A stretch of DNA of 64,000 nucleotides from Acidobacteriota bacterium. GTDB taxonomy: Bacteria > Acidobacteriota > UBA6911 > RPQK01 > JAPXNP01. A program made the translations under genes and the position numbers. Of the stretch, positions 59,889 through 64,000 are shown piece by piece. Position 1 is the first letter of the stretch, and every line of letters begins with the position of its first letter. The stretch is taken from the NCBI GenBank assembly GCA_037388505.1, contig JARRKC010000014.1:2651-66650 (forward strand), given 5' to 3'. The notes beneath the pieces were generated by a model, which was given only the letters and a program-made list of their open reading frames with translations, was not told the origin of the DNA and made no database searches.

Positions 59889-61616
59889 ATGACGAGTAGC
59901 TTGCTTCCGTGGTGTCCTGTTCTCGCTCAGAGCACTCCGAACCGTCTGCTCTCGCTGACGACGATCGATTTGCTCATCATCATCATCTACTTCGCCATCG
60001 TCCTGGGTATCGGACTCTACCTGAAGAGCCATACGAAGACCGGCGACGACTTCTTCCTCGCGGGTCGGGAGATGACCGCGTGGGTGGCGGGCCTGAGCTT
60101 CCTGGCCGCCAACCTCGGTTCCCTGGAGTTGATGGGCTGGGCTGCGGCTGCGTACCAGTACGGGATTCTGGCGACTCACTGGTACTGGATCGGCGCCATA
60201 CCGGCCATGCTCTTTCTGGCCGTGGTCATGATGCCCTTCTATTACATCTCCAAGACTCATTCAGTGCCGGGCTACCTGAAGCTCAGGTTCGGAGAGGATT
60301 CGCGGGCGCTGGCGGCCGTGTCGTTCGGTTTCATGACGATCCTCATGAGCGGAGTCAATATGTTCTCGATGGCTCTCGTCATGAAGGTCGTCCTGGGCTG
60401 GGATCTGCACTTCAGCATCTGGGTCTCGTCGCTGACAGTTGCCGTCTATGTGGCCCTTGGCGGACTGCTTTCAGCCATCTTCAACGAGGTTCTCCAGTTC
60501 GTCCTCATCTGGTTTGGCGCTATGCTGATCCCCATCATCGGCCTCATCGAAACCGGAGGCTGGGACGGTATGGTGCAGCGCATCCACCAGAACTTCCCCG
60601 GTCAGGACTATACGCACCTTTGGAGCACCCTCGGTCACTTTTCCGACAATCCCATGGGGATTCACTGGACCGGCATCGTTTTCGGTCTCGGCTTCATCAT
60701 CTCCTTCGGTTACTGGACCACCGACTTTCTCGTCGTCCAGCGCGTTCTCTCGGCCAAGGATTTACGCTCGGCCAAGCTCGCGCCTGTAATCGGCGCGGGC
60801 TTCAAGATGATGGTTCCGTTCATCGTGATCCTGCCGGGTCTGCTGGCTCTGGCGGTTCTTCCCTACAAGTTGGTTGGAGAGAGCGAGGCTGTCCTGACGG
60901 GAGCACACAGCTACAACGAGGTCCTGCCTCTGATGCTGGCGCGCTATCTGGGACCCGGCCTGCTGGGTCTCGGGATCACGGCCCTGATCGCAGGGTTCAT
61001 GTCGGGAATGGCGGGCAACGTCAGTGCTTTTGCCACCGTGTGGACGTACGACATCTACAGGGCGCTTATCAAGAAGGACGCCGACGACAGCCACTACGTA
61101 CGGATGGGCCGCTGGTCGACCATCCTCGGCGTACTGGTCAGCATCGCAGCTGCCTATGCCGTCATGCAGTTCCTCAGCATCATGGACTACGTGCAGGCGC
61201 TCTTCAGCTTCTTCATTGCACCGCTTTTCGGGACCGTTGTATTGGGAATGCTCTGGAAACGATGTACCCCCGCCGGCGGCTTCTGGGGCCTTCTGGCGGG
61301 AACCGTTTCCTCGATTGGGATGTGGGTGTGGGTCCGCGAGGTTCCCTCTGCGCTGGCTTATATCGCATTATCTTCCAACGCCAAGGACATGGCCGAGAAC
61401 ATGTACCGCGCCCTCTGGTCCTGGATCATCTGCGTCGTTGTCACCGTGGTCGTCAGCCTGCTCACCAAGCCCAAGGCAGAAAAGGAACTGGAAGGACTGG
61501 TCTACGGGTTGACCGCAGTTCCCTCCGAGCGGACAATGCCTCTGCACAAGCGGTCCATCTTCTGGGTCGTTGTGGTCGCGGTGGTCTTCGGAATTCTGAA
61601 CATCATCTTCTGGTAG
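59889..61616 (+). CDS. sodium:solute symporter family transporter (SSF)
   Basis: 575 aa; GREMTAWVAGLSFLAANLGSLELMGWAAAAYQYG SSF signature, ~14 TM helices. Confidence 0.8.
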   Translation: MTSSLLPWCPVLAQSTPNRLLSLTTIDLLIIIIYFAIVLGIGLYLKSHTKTGDDFFLAGREMTAWVAGLSFLAANLGSLELMGWAAAAYQYGILATHWYWIGAIPAMLFLAVVMMPFYYISKTHSVPGYLKLRFGEDSRALAAVSFGFMTILMSGVNMFSMALVMKVVLGWDLHFSIWVSSLTVAVYVALGGLLSAIFNEVLQFVLIWFGAMLIPIIGLIETGGWDGMVQRIHQNFPGQDYTHLWSTLGHFSDNPMGIHWTGIVFGLGFIISFGYWTTDFLVVQRVLSAKDLRSAKLAPVIGAGFKMMVPFIVILPGLLALAVLPYKLVGESEAVLTGAHSYNEVLPLMLARYLGPGLLGLGITALIAGFMSGMAGNVSAFATVWTYDIYRALIKKDADDSHYVRMGRWSTILGVLVSIAAAYAVMQFLSIMDYVQALFSFFIAPLFGTVVLGMLWKRCTPAGGFWGLLAGTVSSIGMWVWVREVPSALAYIALSSNAKDMAENMYRALWSWIICVVVTVVVSLLTKPKAEKELEGLVYGLTAVPSERTMPLHKRSIFWVVVVAVVFGILNIIFW

Positions 61617-61626
61617 GAGCAGTTTC

Positions 61627-61851
61627 GTGGCTCAAAGACACTTCATATCGATCTGGTTCTTTATTGGTGCCATTCTGGTGATCTACGGTCTGTTGATCCT
61701 CGGCGCCGGGATCTACGGGTACTTCGTGCCCTCGTACGGACCGAAGGTCGTGCTGGGTAACCTGCACGCCGGAATCTGGTGGGGAGCCTTGCTCTTGGTC
61801 CTGGGCGCCATCTACGCCTATCGCTTCTTCCCGGGCAAGGACAACAAGTAA
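61627..61851 (+). CDS. small membrane protein (2 TM), possibly a symporter-associated small subunit
   Basis: 74 aa; GTG start with AGGAG 8 nt upstream, 10 nt after the SSF stop. Two hydrophobic helices. Confidence 0.45.
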   Translation: MAQRHFISIWFFIGAILVIYGLLILGAGIYGYFVPSYGPKVVLGNLHAGIWWGALLLVLGAIYAYRFFPGKDNK

Positions 61852-61852
61852 C

Positions 61853-61870
61853 GAGTTCCGGGTTCCGAAC
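61853..61870. repeat. Two units of the GAGTTCCGA family (gagttccgggttccgaac) immediately after the small-ORF stop
   Basis: Read directly. Confidence 0.4.
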
Positions 61871-61991
61871 CTATGTTGTCCCAAATGGCCGGAGTGGAGG
61901 TCCATACCTTGACTTTGCCACCCGGCCCTTGGGACCTATAGAACCGCCTCCACGCAAAGCCGCAACTCTCGCGAGTCTCCCCCGAATTCTC

Positions 61992-63263
61992 CTATCCTTC
62001 TTTCCTGGGAAGGCGGGAGATGAATTTCCGTATCTTCCCCGAGGGGTCGACAGGAATCTCGGGGACACGACGGATGACGGTTTCGGCAGCCAGCAACTCT
62101 TCTGCATAGAAGCTGCGGATCCGGTCCACTTCGCCTCTCTCGAGCGGTCCATCCGCAACGTATTCCACGATGAATTTCCGTACGGTCTCCTGGGTGACAC
62201 GGAACTGCTTGAGCGTCATGAGACGGTAGAGCGGCTCTGCTGCCAGAAAAGGTGTGAGGACCCGGCCGTCCGCTCGCACAAGGAGATCGTCCGAACGGCC
62301 TCTCAAGCTCTCCAAACGGGGATAGGGGTGTCCGCAACTGCAACCAGCGGTTCCCATCACGGCGATGTCGCCGATTGCGTAGCGGATGAACGGCATCGTT
62401 CTTGCCGTCAGGCTGGTGATGACCAACTCTCCTTCCTCTCCGGGACGGGCCGTCCGTCCGTCCGCCACGCACTCCACCAGGAGGTCGTCCGTACAAAGAT
62501 GATAGGCGTCACTCTGCCGGCATGAAGCGGCAATCATGCCGAATTCCCAGGCCCCGTAATAAGGCCGAACCGGCGCACGAAAGACCTCCTCGAGGAGTCG
62601 CTGCGTGGGGGGCAGCAGCATTTCTCCGCCCGTGGCAATCATCTCCGGGCATACATCCAGGCCACCGCGACGACGCAACGATAGAGCAAAGATGTAGAGC
62701 TGAGACACCAGTCCCGAAATCAAATGAGGCTTGAAAGCTCGGGCTTCCTTCTCCGCCGCCTCGACCGCGGCACTGCGGCGAAGGCGGTTCTTTGGATTGA
62801 AAAGTCCCAGGCGCGGCTCGATTTCCGGACGAAGAGGTCCCACGTTCAGTTTTCGAAAATAGGATCTCCCCATGATGTCGGCCAGACCACGATGGAAGGC
62901 CGCCGCGCGGATCGACTCTTCACGCCGCGAATAGTAGATCGTGATCGGTATGCCGCTCGAACCGCTGGTCTGCACGAGCCTACACTTCTCGAGCCTGACG
63001 TCCCGGGCCTGTGCGGGTGCTTTCACTTCCAGATGCCGCATGTCCGATTTGCGCACGAGCGGAAGCCGGTTCAAATCGTCCAGGCCACGGATCTGCGCCG
63101 GCAGGACTCCGGCCTGCTCATACCACTGCCGATAGAAAGGGACCTGGTTCCAGGCGTGGCGAACGAGTTCGGCAAGCAGTCTGTCCTGGCGCTGTCGCAC
63201 GTGACCTGGACTCCACTTCCTTCGACGACTCATGGCCAGGTAGTGAAGATACTCACGCAGCAT
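61992..63263 (-). CDS. PaaK-like adenylate-forming enzyme (phenylacetate-CoA ligase / coenzyme F390 synthetase family)
   Basis: 423 aa; VQTSGSSGIPITIYYS adenylation motif, C-terminal ...VDPSGKIRKF. Confidence 0.7.
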   Translation of the reverse strand: MLREYLHYLAMSRRRKWSPGHVRQRQDRLLAELVRHAWNQVPFYRQWYEQAGVLPAQIRGLDDLNRLPLVRKSDMRHLEVKAPAQARDVRLEKCRLVQTSGSSGIPITIYYSRREESIRAAAFHRGLADIMGRSYFRKLNVGPLRPEIEPRLGLFNPKNRLRRSAAVEAAEKEARAFKPHLISGLVSQLYIFALSLRRRGGLDVCPEMIATGGEMLLPPTQRLLEEVFRAPVRPYYGAWEFGMIAASCRQSDAYHLCTDDLLVECVADGRTARPGEEGELVITSLTARTMPFIRYAIGDIAVMGTAGCSCGHPYPRLESLRGRSDDLLVRADGRVLTPFLAAEPLYRLMTLKQFRVTQETVRKFIVEYVADGPLERGEVDRIRSFYAEELLAAETVIRRVPEIPVDPSGKIRKFISRLPRKEG

Positions 63264-63271
63264 GAGGACGA

Positions 63272-63991
63272 CTAGTTGGACAGAGCGGCGCTCGTGACGA
63301 GACGTTCGAGCGTCTCGGACTCGGCCAGGTTCCGGGTCGGAATGACCGGGACGGCCAGTCGTTCGCGGACTTCCGCGCGAAGCGATTCGAAAGAGAGATC
63401 ATTGGCCAGCGGGCCGACCAGACCCACCGAGACCTCCGCCCACTGCACCCGATCCCGCAAGAAGTGGAGAAAGTGGTGAGCCGCGTCGAAGGAAGGTTCG
63501 GGGACATAGAAGAGCTGGCGGAAGAAGGCTCTCATTTGCGGATTCGCAAGCAGAGCCAGACTGCTCCGGTGCGAGAAGTTGTCGGCGAATTCGACGATGT
63601 GAACCTGTGTCCGGTGGCGCGCGACGAAGTCCCAGGTGAAGCTCAACGATCGTTCCATGAACAGATCAGGAGCCATGCTCACGTCGGATACCGCTCCCGT
63701 CGCGTCCAGAAAGTCCGCCACCGGCAGATCATTCGGTTCGACGAGCATCTTCTGGCCGAGGTCTCCATAGCTGGACAGACTCCCGGCGTGGACACGCAAG
63801 GGATCGCAGAAGCAGGCCGTGCCCGTCTTCTTCTCATACGTGACGCGCACGCCCCGCTGCCGCAATGCCTTCGCCAGCGCAATGCAGAACGTCGTTTTGC
63901 CCGATTCCATGCTGCTGCCGCACACCAGAACACCCAGGCAACTGCCGGGTCCGGAAGCCGTTCTCTTCGGAACGGTCGAGGCCAGGTTCAT
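63272..63991 (-). CDS. BioD-like P-loop NTPase (dethiobiotin-synthetase / Pta N-terminal-like domain protein), function unknown
   Basis: 239 aa; GVLVCGSSMESGKTTFCIALAKALRQRGVRV resembles the BioD/Pta-N P-loop, followed by a VHIVEFADNF block in the VLVEG position. Confidence 0.4.
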   Translation of the reverse strand: MNLASTVPKRTASGPGSCLGVLVCGSSMESGKTTFCIALAKALRQRGVRVTYEKKTGTACFCDPLRVHAGSLSSYGDLGQKMLVEPNDLPVADFLDATGAVSDVSMAPDLFMERSLSFTWDFVARHRTQVHIVEFADNFSHRSSLALLANPQMRAFFRQLFYVPEPSFDAAHHFLHFLRDRVQWAEVSVGLVGPLANDLSFESLRAEVRERLAVPVIPTRNLAESETLERLVTSAALSN

Positions 63992-64000
63992 GGGATGACC

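Noticed and set aside
1-64000. tRNA, rRNA and other known ncRNA genes
   Set aside because: Intergenic regions were scanned by eye for cloverleaf-sized GC-balanced segments and rRNA-like signatures, and none was recognised. This cannot be excluded without tRNAscan/Infernal.

Overview
High-GC (~62%) chromosomal segment from a diderm bacterium; LptD, TolC and a GldG-like ABC system point that way, and the lineage may be Acidobacteria-like (inference only). The window is dominated by conserved housekeeping and metabolic operons plus a single insertion sequence.

Gene content, in order:
- NADP-glutamate dehydrogenase.
- lptD-folK-lepB.
- Pyruvate dehydrogenase E2/E1 (aceF, aceE).
- A four-gene GldA/F/G-like ABC system with a DUF4340 protein.
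- ispG.
- Two MetB/MetC-family PLP enzymes.
- pepF.
- Class II DAHP synthase.
- A Zn alcohol dehydrogenase.
- An M14 carboxypeptidase.
- pntAA-pntAB-pntB.
- A 910-aa secreted repeat protein.
- hutUHIG.
- Two sodium:solute symporters.
- An IS481-family element.
- A tandem universal stress protein.
- A ROK kinase.
- An EAL-HDOD protein.
- A TetR-TolC-HlyD efflux cluster with two ABC ATPases and two ABC-2 permeases.
- A PaaK-like ligase.

No tRNA, rRNA or CRISPR array was recognised.

Two caveats about the inputs:
- The supplied ORF track omits a receiver-PPDK_N fusion gene of at least 834 codons (minus strand, 2504..1) because it has no stop inside the window.
- The track also uses GTG/TTG as alternative start codons.

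The main unexplained signal is in the intergenic DNA:
- A GAGTTCCGA 9-mer family at gene ends, found at at least eight loci.
- A GGAGGACGGGAGAACC 16-mer family at three loci, once as a perfect 5x tandem array.
- A ~115-bp element in two divergent promoter regions.
- An IS481-family element flanked by extra copies of its own ends, including a 264-bp palindrome with 111-bp arms that abuts the ribosome-binding site of the second metB/metC-like gene.
- A 14-bp inverted repeat in the hutU/symporter divergent promoter.

Coordinates of non-ORF features were counted by eye and may be off by 1-2 nt.
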